A stretch of 64,000 nucleotides of DNA, from contig OZ220089.1 of NCBI GenBank assembly GCA_964291625.2, forward strand, positions 1,216,001 to 1,280,000, written 5' to 3'. Shown here one piece after another: positions 39,265 to 49,631 of the stretch; position 1 is the first letter of the stretch, and the number at the start of each line of letters is the position of its first letter. The stretch is from Candidatus Latescibacterota bacterium (GTDB lineage: Bacteria; Latescibacterota; UBA2968; UBA8231). Position numbers and translations under genes: made by a program. Under the pieces are notes generated by a model. It searched no databases. It saw only the letters and a program-made list of their open reading frames with translations, and was not told the DNA's origin.

Positions 39265-40334
39265 ACTCGATCTCAGAACGCGCCCGCCGCTTCCACCGCG
39301 ACCACCCGATCGCCGACCTCCTCGCCCTCAACCTCTCCCATCCCCGTTTCACCATCGCCGACATCGACCTCGGCCGGAGGGACGAGACCTCCTGCCGCGG
39401 CGACTTCCCCAAGTTCCGGGACTGGGGCCTGAAGGTGGCGATGTGCAAGGGAGGGGCTGCGGTGCCGGAGATGAACTTCGCCCCCAAGTGGCTGGAGGAT
39501 CCCACCTTCCGGCCCGGCCGCCCCGACAGCGAGCCGATGTACCTCAGCCTCGCCATCAACAGCCCGACCCTGCTCTGCCTCGCGGTGCTCGACCGCTTCT
39601 TGTGCAACGTCGAGGAGAACCCCGACAAGGTGATCCTTGTGCGCACCGTGGCCGACCTCGACCGCGCCCTGAGCGACCCCGAGCGCATCGCCGTGCTCAT
39701 GGGGGCCAACCGCAGCGACTGGTTCGGCGACAGCCCGGGGGCCCTGCGCCAGTTCGCCCGCCTCGGCCTGCGCATGGTCACCATCGGCCAGGCGACGCGC
39801 GAGCTGGGCTGGGACGTCTCGGGCGAGCTGCGCTCCGGCGGCCGCATGACCGCCCTCGGGGTGCGCATGATCGAGGAGATGAACCGCCGCGGCATCCTCA
39901 TCGACCTGGCCCACACCAACGACCCCTGCGCCCTCGACGCCATCGAAGTCTCGGAGAGGCCGGTGATCGACACCCACTCGGGCCCGCGCGCCCTCGAGAA
40001 GGACCCGAGTCCGCGCAGCACTTCCGACGAGGTCATGAAGGCCCTGGCGGAGAAGGGGGGTCTCCTCGGCATCATGCCGCCCATCGCGCGGCCCCACGGC
40101 GACGCCCCGTACGAGTCGATCGACGACGGAGAGATGGAGCAGACCCTGAAGCAGATCCGCTACGCCGTCGACCTGATGGGAGCCGACCACGTCGGCATCG
40201 GCACCCACTTCAATTCGGCGGTCCTGCCCTGGATCACCGAGGCACTGCTCGAGGACGGCTTTTCCGAGGAGGACACGGCGAAGATCATGGGGGGCAACTA
40301 CCTGCGGGTGCTTCGCCAGGTGCTGCCGGCCTGA
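39261..40334 (+). CDS. Membrane dipeptidase (M19)-fold protein with atypical metal ligands
   Basis: EMNRRGILIDLAH, DTHS, HVGIG and KIMGGNYLRV. Confidence 0.75.
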   Translation: MNSISERARRFHRDHPIADLLALNLSHPRFTIADIDLGRRDETSCRGDFPKFRDWGLKVAMCKGGAAVPEMNFAPKWLEDPTFRPGRPDSEPMYLSLAINSPTLLCLAVLDRFLCNVEENPDKVILVRTVADLDRALSDPERIAVLMGANRSDWFGDSPGALRQFARLGLRMVTIGQATRELGWDVSGELRSGGRMTALGVRMIEEMNRRGILIDLAHTNDPCALDAIEVSERPVIDTHSGPRALEKDPSPRSTSDEVMKALAEKGGLLGIMPPIARPHGDAPYESIDDGEMEQTLKQIRYAVDLMGADHVGIGTHFNSAVLPWITEALLEDGFSEEDTAKIMGGNYLRVLRQVLPA

Positions 40335-40335
40335 G

Positions 40336-41079
40336 ATGCATCGATCGGTGAGGAGAGACTGGCGAGCCGAGGAGTTCCGCTGTCTCGTCGCCCTCGGCGA
40401 GAGCACCACCGCGGGCGGCTGGAGCACCTCGCCCGAGCGCTGCTGGGTCGCCGTCCTCGGCGCCCTGATCAACGACTTCCAGGAGAGGCCGGCCCGAGTG
40501 GTGAACTCCGGGATCGGCGCCAACGTCATCTCCACCCGCAGTCCGTCCTACGACGCCAGCGGCAAGCCGGCCGCCTCCGAGCGCCTGGAGAAGCACGTCC
40601 TCGCCCACGACCCCGACCTGCTGGTCATCTCCTACGGCCTCAACGACGCCCGCGGCGGCACGCCGCTGCCGCAGTTTCTCGAGGACCTCGTCCTGCTGGT
40701 GGAGCGAGTGCGCGAGCGCATGGACCCGCTCATCGTGCTCCCCGGCCCCTACTTCATGACCGACTTCACCGTCGGGGGGCGGGACTGGAGCCACGCCGAC
40801 CTGCCGCTGTTCAAGAGCTTCAACGCCGCCACCGCCCAACTGGCCGAGGAGCTGGGCTGTCTCCACGTCGACCTGCTGCAAGCCAGCGGCGAGGCGCCCT
40901 GGACGGTCCACCACGACGGCGTGCACCAGAACGACCTCGGCCACCGCCTCGTGGCCAACCGCATCTTCGAGGTCCTGGCGCAGAGCTGCTCCTGCCTGGC
41001 GAGGAAGACCCGGGAGGCGGAGCAACACAGCCCGAGGTGGCGGGACGAGTCGACCCTGCAGTCGGACTACGGGCACTGA
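40336..41079 (+). CDS. SGNH/GDSL hydrolase
   Basis: LGESTT, NSGIG, YGLND and DGVH. Confidence 0.85.
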   Translation: MHRSVRRDWRAEEFRCLVALGESTTAGGWSTSPERCWVAVLGALINDFQERPARVVNSGIGANVISTRSPSYDASGKPAASERLEKHVLAHDPDLLVISYGLNDARGGTPLPQFLEDLVLLVERVRERMDPLIVLPGPYFMTDFTVGGRDWSHADLPLFKSFNAATAQLAEELGCLHVDLLQASGEAPWTVHHDGVHQNDLGHRLVANRIFEVLAQSCSCLARKTREAEQHSPRWRDESTLQSDYGH

Positions 41080-41084
41080 TACCC

Positions 41085-42590
41085 ATGCACCGGATCCTGG
41101 TGGCCGAGTGCATGCAGGAGGTCTCCTCCTTCAATCCGGTGGAGACCCGGTACGAGCACTTCCGCGTGCGCCGGGGGGAGGAGCTGTTCGCCCGCCACCG
41201 CGGCGTCGAGTCCTACGTGAGCGGGGCCCTCCAGGTCTTCGAGGCGCGGCCCGACGTGGACGCGGTGCCGCTGTGGGGCGCCGACGCCTGCTCCTCCGGC
41301 CTGCTGGTGCAGGAGGACTTCGAGCGGCTGGCCGCGGAGTTCCTCGAGACCGTGGAGCGCCACCGCCACGGCGCCGACGGCTTCTACTTCGTCCTCCACG
41401 GCGCCATGGGCGCCACCGGCGACCTCGACCCGGAGGGGTTCCTGCTGCAGGAGGTGCGGCGCCTCGTTGCACCGGACCTGCCCCTCGTCATCTCCCTCGA
41501 CCTCCACGGCATCCTCACGCGGCGCATGCTGGAGCACTGCGACGCCCTCACCCTGCTGCACACCTATCCCCACGTCGACTTCGTCGACACCGGAGCCCGC
41601 GCCGCCCGCCTGCTGCTGCGCATCCTCGACGAGGGTTTGCGCCCCGTGGTTGGGCGCGTCGTCGTGCCGGCGCTGGTCCGCGGCGACGAGCTGATCACCG
41701 AGACCGGCATCTACGGCGAGTCGATCCGCCGGGCGCAGGAGCTGGAACGCTCGGGGACGGCCCTGGCCGCGGGCATGATGATCGGCAACCCTTTCACCGA
41801 CGTGCCCGAGCTGTGCTCGCAGAGCGTGGTGATCACCGACGGCGACCCCGAGGCCGCGGAGCGGGAGGCGCTGGAGCTGGCGCTCGGCTTCTGGCCCCAC
41901 CGGGCCCGCATGCAGGCGCCGCTCGTCAGCGTAGAGGAAGCGATCGCGCAGGCACGGGACCTGGAGGGCACGGCGATCTTCGCCGACGCCGCGGACGCCA
42001 CCAGCTCCGGGGCCAGCGGCGACAGCAACTTCATCCTCGCCGCACTGCTGGAGGCGGGATACGGAGGCCGCGTGCTCGCCCCCCTCGTCGATCCGCCGGC
42101 GGTCCGGCGCGCCTTCGAGGTCGGCGTCGGCAACTCCGGCCGCTTCTCCCTGGGCGGCGCACTGGATCCCCGCTTCACACCGCTGCAACTCCAGGCGAGG
42201 GTCACCATGCTGCGCACCGGCGACTACCCCTTCGAGTCGTGGGGCACCCGGCAGGACGCCGGCGACACGGCCCTGCTCCAGTCCGGCGGCATGACCATCG
42301 TCGTCACCTCGCTGCCGGTCTACCTCTTCGACCGGTCCCTCTTCCTCGCCCACGGCTGCGATCCGCGGCTCTTCGACATCGTGGTGGTGAAGTCCCCGCA
42401 CTGCCAGGAGCGCTTCTTCACCGCCTGGGCCGCGGCGAACTTCAACATCGACGCCCCCGGGTCGACGAGCGCCAACCTTCCAAGCCTGGGGCACACGGTC
42501 TGCCGGCGCCCCATGTATCCGCTCGACGAGGATGTCGGTTTCGAGCCGCGAGCGGAGGTGTTCTCGCGCCGGGGCCGGGAACCCACATGA
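41085..42590 (+). CDS. M81 (MlrC-like) metallopeptidase
   Basis: QEVSSFNP, LHGAM, LDLHG, YPHVD and VVKS. Confidence 0.88.
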   Translation: MHRILVAECMQEVSSFNPVETRYEHFRVRRGEELFARHRGVESYVSGALQVFEARPDVDAVPLWGADACSSGLLVQEDFERLAAEFLETVERHRHGADGFYFVLHGAMGATGDLDPEGFLLQEVRRLVAPDLPLVISLDLHGILTRRMLEHCDALTLLHTYPHVDFVDTGARAARLLLRILDEGLRPVVGRVVVPALVRGDELITETGIYGESIRRAQELERSGTALAAGMMIGNPFTDVPELCSQSVVITDGDPEAAEREALELALGFWPHRARMQAPLVSVEEAIAQARDLEGTAIFADAADATSSGASGDSNFILAALLEAGYGGRVLAPLVDPPAVRRAFEVGVGNSGRFSLGGALDPRFTPLQLQARVTMLRTGDYPFESWGTRQDAGDTALLQSGGMTIVVTSLPVYLFDRSLFLAHGCDPRLFDIVVVKSPHCQERFFTAWAAANFNIDAPGSTSANLPSLGHTVCRRPMYPLDEDVGFEPRAEVFSRRGREPT

Positions 42591-42724
42591 TGCTCAGGTG
42601 CGCCACAGGCAACCTCGCCCCACGTCAGGGCCGGAGCCAGACATGAACCTCGGGTGCCTCACACGTAGCCTCACGCCGAGGTCCGAGCCGGATGCAGGCC
42701 GCCCGGCCAGGGGAGGATAGTCCC

Positions 42725-43744
42725 ATGCTTCGCGTCGCCATCGTTGGCTGCCACCGGCAGCTCCTCCGCAATCCGGGGAGCCACAACTTCGCCTCCGCCT
42801 TCCGCGACAACCCCGAGACCGCCGTCGCCGGGGTCTTCGACTACGGCGCGGAGGAACGGGCCGGGTTCGTCGAGTGCTGGCGGGACATCTGGGGCGAGGT
42901 GCCGGCCTTCGACGACTACGGGCGGATGCTCGACGAGGTGAGACCCGACATCGTCTGCATCGCCACGCGGCAGACCATGCACGCCGACCAGGTCGAGCAG
43001 GCGGTGGCCGCCGGCGTGCGCGGGATCCTGTGCGACAAGCCGCTGGTGACCCGCCTCGCCGAGCTGGACCGCGTCGCCGCCGCCTGCGAGAGCACGCCCC
43101 TGGCCTTCGCCCTCGACCGGCGCTGGAACCCCGCCTACCACGCCCTCCGCTCGGCCCTTGAGGCCAAGCCGGTCGGCGAGATCACCAGCATCACGGCGTA
43201 CGGCCTCTCCAACACGATCAACCACGGCTGTCACGCGTACGACGCCCTGCTCATGCTCCTCGGCGATCCCGAGCCCGCGTGGGTCAGCGGCTTCCTCGAC
43301 CCGGGCGACCCGGAGGACGAGCGCCGCCGCAGCGATCCGCCCTGCCGCGCCCAGATCGGCCTGGCCGACGGCGTCCACGCATACGTCACCTGCGACGGGC
43401 CGAGGGGCCTCGCCTTCGAGATCGCCGGCGAGGACGGGCGGATCTCCGTGTACTCGGACGCAACAGCCGTACGCATCCATGGGGACGAATCCGAAGAGCC
43501 GATCCCCCTGCCGCCGAAGGCCGAGGGCTGGCCCGCCGGCGCGGGCATGGTCGCCGACCTCGTGCGGGCCGTGAAGGATGGGGGACGCACCGCCTGCGAC
43601 GTCCCGCAGGCCCGGCGCGCCACCGAGATCGGCTTCGCCATCTGGTCCTCGTCGCAGCGGGACGGGGCGCGGGTGCGGCTGCCCGCGGACGACCGCGACT
43701 TGCGCGTGGAGTCGTATCCGTGGGGGAACGAGGCGCCGGCGTAG
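42725..43744 (+). CDS. Gfo/Idh/MocA oxidoreductase
   Basis: VAIVG, PDIVCIAT, LCDKPL and GCHAYD. Confidence 0.82.
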   Translation: MLRVAIVGCHRQLLRNPGSHNFASAFRDNPETAVAGVFDYGAEERAGFVECWRDIWGEVPAFDDYGRMLDEVRPDIVCIATRQTMHADQVEQAVAAGVRGILCDKPLVTRLAELDRVAAACESTPLAFALDRRWNPAYHALRSALEAKPVGEITSITAYGLSNTINHGCHAYDALLMLLGDPEPAWVSGFLDPGDPEDERRRSDPPCRAQIGLADGVHAYVTCDGPRGLAFEIAGEDGRISVYSDATAVRIHGDESEEPIPLPPKAEGWPAGAGMVADLVRAVKDGGRTACDVPQARRATEIGFAIWSSSQRDGARVRLPADDRDLRVESYPWGNEAPA

Positions 43745-43754
43745 GAGGCGAGGT

Positions 43755-44639
43755 ATGACCGAGATCGCACCGCTCGATCGCTTCCATCTCCCCCAGGCTC
43801 TGGAACTCGTCAACAGTCATCTCGGCGCGGCGATACCCGGGTGGAGCCTGACGCCGGACTACCTCTGGGGGCGCCTGCACAGGGAGCCCCAGGAAAGCGT
43901 GACCGATCCCTGGGTTGTCGAGAGAAGGTCGATCGTCGGGATCGTCAAGGACCGCGTCTGCGCCGCGGCGCACCTCCGCCGATACGGCGAAGAGACGCGC
44001 TGGAAGGGAGTCGGCGAGATCGGCTGGATCCTGTTCTGGCCGGAAGAGCGCGAGCCGGGGGAAGCGGTCATGACCGAGTGCCGGCGCCAGATGAAGGCCT
44101 GGCGGGTAACGGAGGAGCGAGTCGGTTCCCTGCCGGGTCCTGGTCTGGCGGGAATACCGGACGTCTGGCCGCACATAAGCGGTCTGATGGAGCAATTCGG
44201 CTATTCGGCGAAGGAGGAATTCGACGAGTCGCTTTATGCCGGCACGCTGGATGGTATCCCTGCGCCTGGTGAGGCGCCGACGGAAGGTGTGACGATCCAC
44301 CGCGCCATGGGCACGTTCGGCGCGCGGTTCGTCGCCCGCCTCGATGGAGAGGAGATCGCGGAGTGTGAGTGTATTGCAGACCTCACCGAAGGCGGCCAGT
44401 TGCCTTCCCTGGCCGGATGGGCCGAGCTCTTCGAGATCCAGACGAACGAAGCGATGAGGAATCGGGGAGTCGGTTCGTGGGTCGTCCGCCACGCCGTGGA
44501 GTGGCTGAGGCTGGGCCGGTACGATCGTATTGTGGTGCCGGTTGCGCGTGACGACGAACAGGCTGGCGCCGGCAGGTTCCACAGGCGGTTCGGATGGACG
44601 CCCCTGGTTCGGCAGAGGCGGGGCTGGAGACGAGCATGA
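43755..44639 (+). CDS. Tandem GNAT-fold acetyltransferase
   Basis: C-terminal RNRGVG...A.RF..RFGW. AGGAGG RBS. Confidence 0.7.
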   Translation: MTEIAPLDRFHLPQALELVNSHLGAAIPGWSLTPDYLWGRLHREPQESVTDPWVVERRSIVGIVKDRVCAAAHLRRYGEETRWKGVGEIGWILFWPEEREPGEAVMTECRRQMKAWRVTEERVGSLPGPGLAGIPDVWPHISGLMEQFGYSAKEEFDESLYAGTLDGIPAPGEAPTEGVTIHRAMGTFGARFVARLDGEEIAECECIADLTEGGQLPSLAGWAELFEIQTNEAMRNRGVGSWVVRHAVEWLRLGRYDRIVVPVARDDEQAGAGRFHRRFGWTPLVRQRRGWRRA

Positions 44640-44670
44640 GACTCGACGGCTGTGAGGAGACCGTCGGCAC

Positions 44671-45378
44671 ATGACACCCAACTTCGACGACTACGCGGAC
44701 AAGATACGCTCCCTGCCTTCCGTCCCCGAAGAGAGCGACGTGCTCACCAGCCGCTTCCTGTTGGACCGCGAGGACCGCCTGGAGGTCTACTACGCACCCC
44801 TCCATGGCATCACCACCGGTGCGCGAGTGGTCATCGTCGGCCTCACGCCCGGCAAATCGCAAGTGCTGAAGGCACTCCAGGCCGCCAGGACGCTGCTCTC
44901 CGAGGGGTGGCGTCCACCGCGGATATTCGACGAGATCCGACGGCGTATGGCATTCGCAGGCCCGATGAGGAGGAATCTCATCACAATGCTCGACAAGATC
45001 GGCGTGGCCGAACGTCTCGATCTCCCGACTACGGCCGCGCTGTTCGACGATGCATCCGGGTACCTTCACTCCACGTCCGCACTACGCTACCCCGTGCTCA
45101 AGAGCGGGCGGAACTACAGCGGCTCGCCGAACATCGACAGCTCGCGGCTTCTCTCGGACCTCACCAGCGCCAACCTGCTGCCTGAGCTTCAACAGCATCC
45201 CAATGCACTGATTGTCCCCCTTGGGCGCGCCGTGGAAAGGGCCCTCGCCCATCTCGGCCTCGACTGCTCTCGCAGGACGCTCTGGGGCTTCCCGCACCCT
45301 TCCGCCGGCAACGGCCATCGCGTCGCCCAGTTCACGTCGGAATACCGCCAACTCCGCAGGGCGGTGAGCGATTGGTAG
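44671..45378 (+). CDS. Uracil-DNA glycosylase-like superfamily protein
   Basis: VVIVGLTPG, IVPLG and FPHPS..NGHR motifs. Confidence 0.65.
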   Translation: MTPNFDDYADKIRSLPSVPEESDVLTSRFLLDREDRLEVYYAPLHGITTGARVVIVGLTPGKSQVLKALQAARTLLSEGWRPPRIFDEIRRRMAFAGPMRRNLITMLDKIGVAERLDLPTTAALFDDASGYLHSTSALRYPVLKSGRNYSGSPNIDSSRLLSDLTSANLLPELQQHPNALIVPLGRAVERALAHLGLDCSRRTLWGFPHPSAGNGHRVAQFTSEYRQLRRAVSDW

Positions 45379-45418
45379 ACGCAGACCCGCTCCTACGCGC
45401 TCTGGACAATGGCGGAAG

Positions 45419-46321
45419 ATGCCGTTGGATCAGCTACCGCGACCGGAGACGAGCATGAGAACCCACAGGCTCACGGAGCACATCGGCGCCGAGGTCCGCG
45501 GCGTTGACATCGCCTCCCCCCTCGACGGCGGAACCTCCTCCCTCCTTCGCGACGCCTTCCACCGGCACTCGGTCCTCGTCTTCCGCGGCCAGGAGATCAC
45601 CGACGAGCAGCAGGTCGCCTTCAGCGAGGGCTTCGGCCCCCTGGAGATGACCATCCCCAGCGATCCCATCGGCAACGGCGGGCCGGTCGGGGTGATCAGC
45701 AACGTCGACGACAAGGGGAAGGTGATCCCCCTCGACGACAGGCGCATGCTCTACCAGAAGGGGAACGGCCTGTGGCACTCGGACGGCGCCTTCCGCAAGG
45801 CGCCGCTGCGGGGATCGCTGCTGTCGGCCAGGGAGGTGCCTCCCGCTGGCGGCGAGACCGAGTACGCCAGCCTGCGGGTGGCGTGGGAGACCCTGCCGGA
45901 GGAGCGCAAGGCCCTCATCGAGGACCTGGTGGCCGAGCACAGCATCGCCTGGTCGCGGCAGCAGATCGCCCCCGGCCTGATGGACGACGAGTTCCTCAGG
46001 GACACGCCGCCGGCGCCCCATCCGCTGGTGCGGACCATCCCCGAGACCGGGGAGAAGGCCCTCCTCGTCGGCTCCTACGCCACCCACATCGTCGGCTGGC
46101 CGTTGGAGAAGGGCCGCGCCCTGCTGGCGGAGCTGCTCGAATGGGCGACGCAGCCGCGCTTCGTCTACCGCCACGAGTGGCGCCGGCACGACCTGGTCAT
46201 GTGGGACAACGTCGGCTGCCCGCACCGCGGCCGGCCCTGGGACGGCCGCCATCGCCGGGTCATGCACCGGACCACCCTGTCGGGGGCCGGCCTGGCCGAA
46301 CAACACGGGAGAGACTCATGA
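45419..46321 (+). CDS. TauD/TfdA Fe/2OG dioxygenase
   Basis: IGAEVRGVD, WHSD, GGETEYA and WDN...HR. Alternative start 45455. Confidence 0.9.
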   Translation: MPLDQLPRPETSMRTHRLTEHIGAEVRGVDIASPLDGGTSSLLRDAFHRHSVLVFRGQEITDEQQVAFSEGFGPLEMTIPSDPIGNGGPVGVISNVDDKGKVIPLDDRRMLYQKGNGLWHSDGAFRKAPLRGSLLSAREVPPAGGETEYASLRVAWETLPEERKALIEDLVAEHSIAWSRQQIAPGLMDDEFLRDTPPAPHPLVRTIPETGEKALLVGSYATHIVGWPLEKGRALLAELLEWATQPRFVYRHEWRRHDLVMWDNVGCPHRGRPWDGRHRRVMHRTTLSGAGLAEQHGRDS

Positions 46322-47811
46322 TCGAGGTACAGAACGGCCTTCCCCATCCGCGGGTGAACGAAGCGGTCCTGTTCCCCTTCGACAGGGAGAGCATCCCCTT
46401 CGCGTCGGGGCTGCGGCTGCACATGGTGAGCGGCAAGGCCCGGGGGCCCGAGGCGCTGGTCGTGCAGCCGGGGCCCGAGGGGGCCCACGACGACATGCGG
46501 GTCCGGTTCTACGGATCGGTGATCCCCTTCGGCGACGAGCTGCGCATGTGGTACCTGGGCAGCGGCCGCCGCGACGGGTTCCGCTCCCACCGCGTCTGCT
46601 ACGCCGTCAGCCGCGACGGACTCCACTGGGAGAAGCCGGACCTCGGCCTGGTGGACTACCACGGCAGCACGAATAACAACATGGTGGACCTGCGGGGCGG
46701 CGCCCCCGACGTGCTCGCCATGCCCGTGCTCCACGACCCGCACGACCCGGACCCGGAGCGGCGCTTCAAGCTCGCCTTCGAGTGCCGCGGCTACGAGAAC
46801 AAGAGCCTCGCCGTGGCCTTCAGTCCCGACGGTCTGCGCTGGACCGAATCGCCCCGCAACCCGGTGGGACCGATGCTCGAGCTGAGCGGCATCATCCGCT
46901 TCAACGGCTGCTACTACGTCAACGGCCACGGCGGCTTCCACTTCGGCACGGCCCGCGATCTCGTGACCTGCGCCTCGTACGACTTCGAGCACTGGACCGA
47001 GGCCACCGCCCTCGGCTTCCAGCGCGACCGTCTGCCCCTGCTCGACATGGCCGGCGTCGCCACCGGCGGCAACTCGGGCGAGCAGGTCCACCTGGGCGCC
47101 GGCCTGTGGGACCGCGGCAACGTGATCCTCGGCGTCTACGACCTCTGGCACGGCCACCCGTCGGGGGACCGCAAGCTGGTGGCCATGGACCTCGGCCTGG
47201 TGATCAGCCACAACGCCATGCACTACCACGAGCCCGCCCCCGACTTCCGGCTGGTCCCGGCCGCCGAGGAGCAGGGCGGCGACGGGGCGCTCTTCCCGCA
47301 GGAAGGCATGCCGCCGATCATCGGCGGACCGGCCATCACCCACGGCCAGGGGATGTGCAACTGGGGCGACGAGACGTTCCTCTACTACAGCGTCTGGACC
47401 ACCGGCGGCGTGCGCCTGGCCCGCTGGCCGCGCGACCGCCTGGGCTGCTTCCGCGCCTTCGAGCCCGAGGAGCTGGGCCGGCGCCCCCCGGCGCGCTGGG
47501 AGAACGCCGCCCGCCACTGCATCACCTGTCCCATACGGGCCGGCGACGCACCGGCCCGGGTGTATGCCAACGTCGACGGCGTGGGCGAGCATGCCGCGAT
47601 CGCGGTGGAGGTGCTGGACGAGGGGTTCCGGCCGCTGCCCGGCTGGTCCGGCGACGCCTGCGTCCCCCTGCGGGAGCCGGGCCTGCGGCAGCCGGTGCTC
47701 TGGAAGGACCGGGACTCCGTGAGCGGGATCGACGGCCCCTTCCGCCTGCGGGTGAGCTTCGACGGGCTGCGGCGCCACGACGGGCGGCTCTACGCGCTCT
47801 ACGTGGGCTGA
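46318..47811 (+). CDS. Hypothetical five-bladed beta-propeller glycosidase-like protein
   Basis: RMWY, YAVSRDGLHWEKPDLG and FSPDGLRW (Asp-box-like). Confidence 0.65.
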   Translation: MIEVQNGLPHPRVNEAVLFPFDRESIPFASGLRLHMVSGKARGPEALVVQPGPEGAHDDMRVRFYGSVIPFGDELRMWYLGSGRRDGFRSHRVCYAVSRDGLHWEKPDLGLVDYHGSTNNNMVDLRGGAPDVLAMPVLHDPHDPDPERRFKLAFECRGYENKSLAVAFSPDGLRWTESPRNPVGPMLELSGIIRFNGCYYVNGHGGFHFGTARDLVTCASYDFEHWTEATALGFQRDRLPLLDMAGVATGGNSGEQVHLGAGLWDRGNVILGVYDLWHGHPSGDRKLVAMDLGLVISHNAMHYHEPAPDFRLVPAAEEQGGDGALFPQEGMPPIIGGPAITHGQGMCNWGDETFLYYSVWTTGGVRLARWPRDRLGCFRAFEPEELGRRPPARWENAARHCITCPIRAGDAPARVYANVDGVGEHAAIAVEVLDEGFRPLPGWSGDACVPLREPGLRQPVLWKDRDSVSGIDGPFRLRVSFDGLRRHDGRLYALYVG

Positions 47812-47948
47812 GGGAGCCCCGACTGCTCCTTCCTCAGGCCTGCGGTCTGCGCCTTGACATGGAACCGACGAAAGGGGACTCTGTTCTACCTTCTACCCCT
47901 CACCGAACTACCGCCTCACCGAAGCACTGTAGCACAGGAACTTCCGCC

Positions 47949-48920
47949 ATGCCCGACCGAGCCCCCCGCAACCGAACGCTCTCCTGCACGACAGAGGAAC
48001 GAGCCCGATTGAGCCGCGACATCATGCGCCTTGAAGAGCCGGCGCGCTGTCGTGACCTCGAAGGCCGGCTTGTGGGGGGCGACTTCTTTGAGGTCGCAGA
48101 GTACTTCCCGCGCGAGTTCGTCGATCTGCTTGTTCTGGATCCTCCGTACAATCTGACCAAGAGCTACAATGGCACTCGATTCCGAAAGAGGAACGGCGAC
48201 GAGTATGGCCGCTGGTTCGCCGATCTCATTGACCGACTCCTGCCGATGATGAAGCCGCAGGGCACGGTGTACGTATGCTCGGACTGGGCAACATCGGCGC
48301 TTGTGTTCCCGATTCTGGAGTCGAGACTGCAGGTTCGGAATCGGATAACCTGGGAACGCGAGAAGGGCCGGGGAGCGAAACGCAACTGGAAGAACAATAC
48401 CGAGGACATCTGGTTCTGCACGATCTCGGACGAGTACTACTTCGATGTCGATGCCGTGAAGCTGAAACGCAGAGTAGTTGCCCCCTACCGTGCGAACGGC
48501 GCGCCCAAAGACTGGACCCGGGACTCGGAAGGCAGATACCGGATGACCCATCCGTCGAACATCTGGACCGATATCACCGTGCCGTTCTGGTCGATGCCGG
48601 AGAACACCGATCATCCTACCCAAAAACCTGAGAAACTGATTGCAAAGCTGATACTCGCCAGCTCGAAGCAAGGCGACTACGTCTTCGATCCATTCGTTGG
48701 CAGCGGGACTACCGCGGTGGTGGCCGAAAAGCTGGCGCGCCGATGGTGTGGAGTCGAGGTAGAACCCGAGTACCTGTGCTGGGGGCTCAAGCGGCTGGCC
48801 GCGGCGCGCACTGATCCTGCGATTCAGGGATACGACGATGGTGTGTTCCTGGAGAGGAACACCAAGCTGGGCCAACGCCGCAAGAGGGGATCCGGCAGCC
48901 AGGCTGACATGTTCCCATGA
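47949..48920 (+). CDS. N4/N6 DNA methyltransferase (beta class)
   Basis: DPPY precedes HPTQKP and DPFVGSGT. Confidence 0.92.
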   Translation: MPDRAPRNRTLSCTTEERARLSRDIMRLEEPARCRDLEGRLVGGDFFEVAEYFPREFVDLLVLDPPYNLTKSYNGTRFRKRNGDEYGRWFADLIDRLLPMMKPQGTVYVCSDWATSALVFPILESRLQVRNRITWEREKGRGAKRNWKNNTEDIWFCTISDEYYFDVDAVKLKRRVVAPYRANGAPKDWTRDSEGRYRMTHPSNIWTDITVPFWSMPENTDHPTQKPEKLIAKLILASSKQGDYVFDPFVGSGTTAVVAEKLARRWCGVEVEPEYLCWGLKRLAAARTDPAIQGYDDGVFLERNTKLGQRRKRGSGSQADMFP

Positions 48921-49585
48921 AGTCGGCTTTCTACTACGATGGTCACCATCGGCAGGTCGCATCCAGTATCCGGAAGCACCTGAATTCCACTCCGGACTTC
49001 CTTACTCCCCAGACGGCTCGCAGTCCCAGGGCGGTTGGCGATGCGATAGAGTCACTCGTAGCGGAGCACTTCCACACCTTTCTTGGTAGCTGGTGTCATG
49101 AGTACTCCAGCGACTTCGCACGCCGTGCAATGGCCGACCTGGCGTTCACCGACAAGGAAGGGATCTACTCCGTGGTGGACGTGAAGACACACCGAGAAGA
49201 GACGCGATTCAATATGCCGAACCTCACATCGGTAGAGCGGCTCGCTCGATTCTACGAGTGTGATACCAACGTCTTCTCAGTCATGCTGATCAGATACTCC
49301 ATCGAAGAGATCCGCCTTACCGTATCGGAGGTCATCTTCTCGCCGATCGAATTCCTGGACTGGGACTGTCTCACCGTGGGCGCGCTGGGCTGGGGCCAGA
49401 TCCAGATCGCGGATGCAAAAGAGATTCGAGTCAGGGAGCAGTACTCGCGAAAGCGATGGATGCTGCAACTGTGCGAAGTGATGATGGAGTTCTATCCGCG
49501 GGAGATCGCCAAGATCCGGGACAGGATGGATCGATTCGACCGGGTGAAGGCGTACTGGGAAACACGAGAGGACGTCTGGGACTGA
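48917..49585 (+). CDS. Putative type II PD-(D/E)xK restriction endonuclease
   Basis: MADLAF...VDVKT. ATGA-coupled to the MTase; lower GC. Confidence 0.65.
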   Translation: MKSAFYYDGHHRQVASSIRKHLNSTPDFLTPQTARSPRAVGDAIESLVAEHFHTFLGSWCHEYSSDFARRAMADLAFTDKEGIYSVVDVKTHREETRFNMPNLTSVERLARFYECDTNVFSVMLIRYSIEEIRLTVSEVIFSPIEFLDWDCLTVGALGWGQIQIADAKEIRVREQYSRKRWMLQLCEVMMEFYPREIAKIRDRMDRFDRVKAYWETREDVWD

Positions 49586-49631
49586 GGGGAACGCACGTGT
49601 AGCGGAATCCCCGTCCGCGGGACGACCTCCC

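Noticed and set aside
42590-42720. Imperfect ~25-bp direct repeat in an intergenic region
   Set aside because: Only two copies at about 70% identity in GC-rich DNA; not CRISPR-like.
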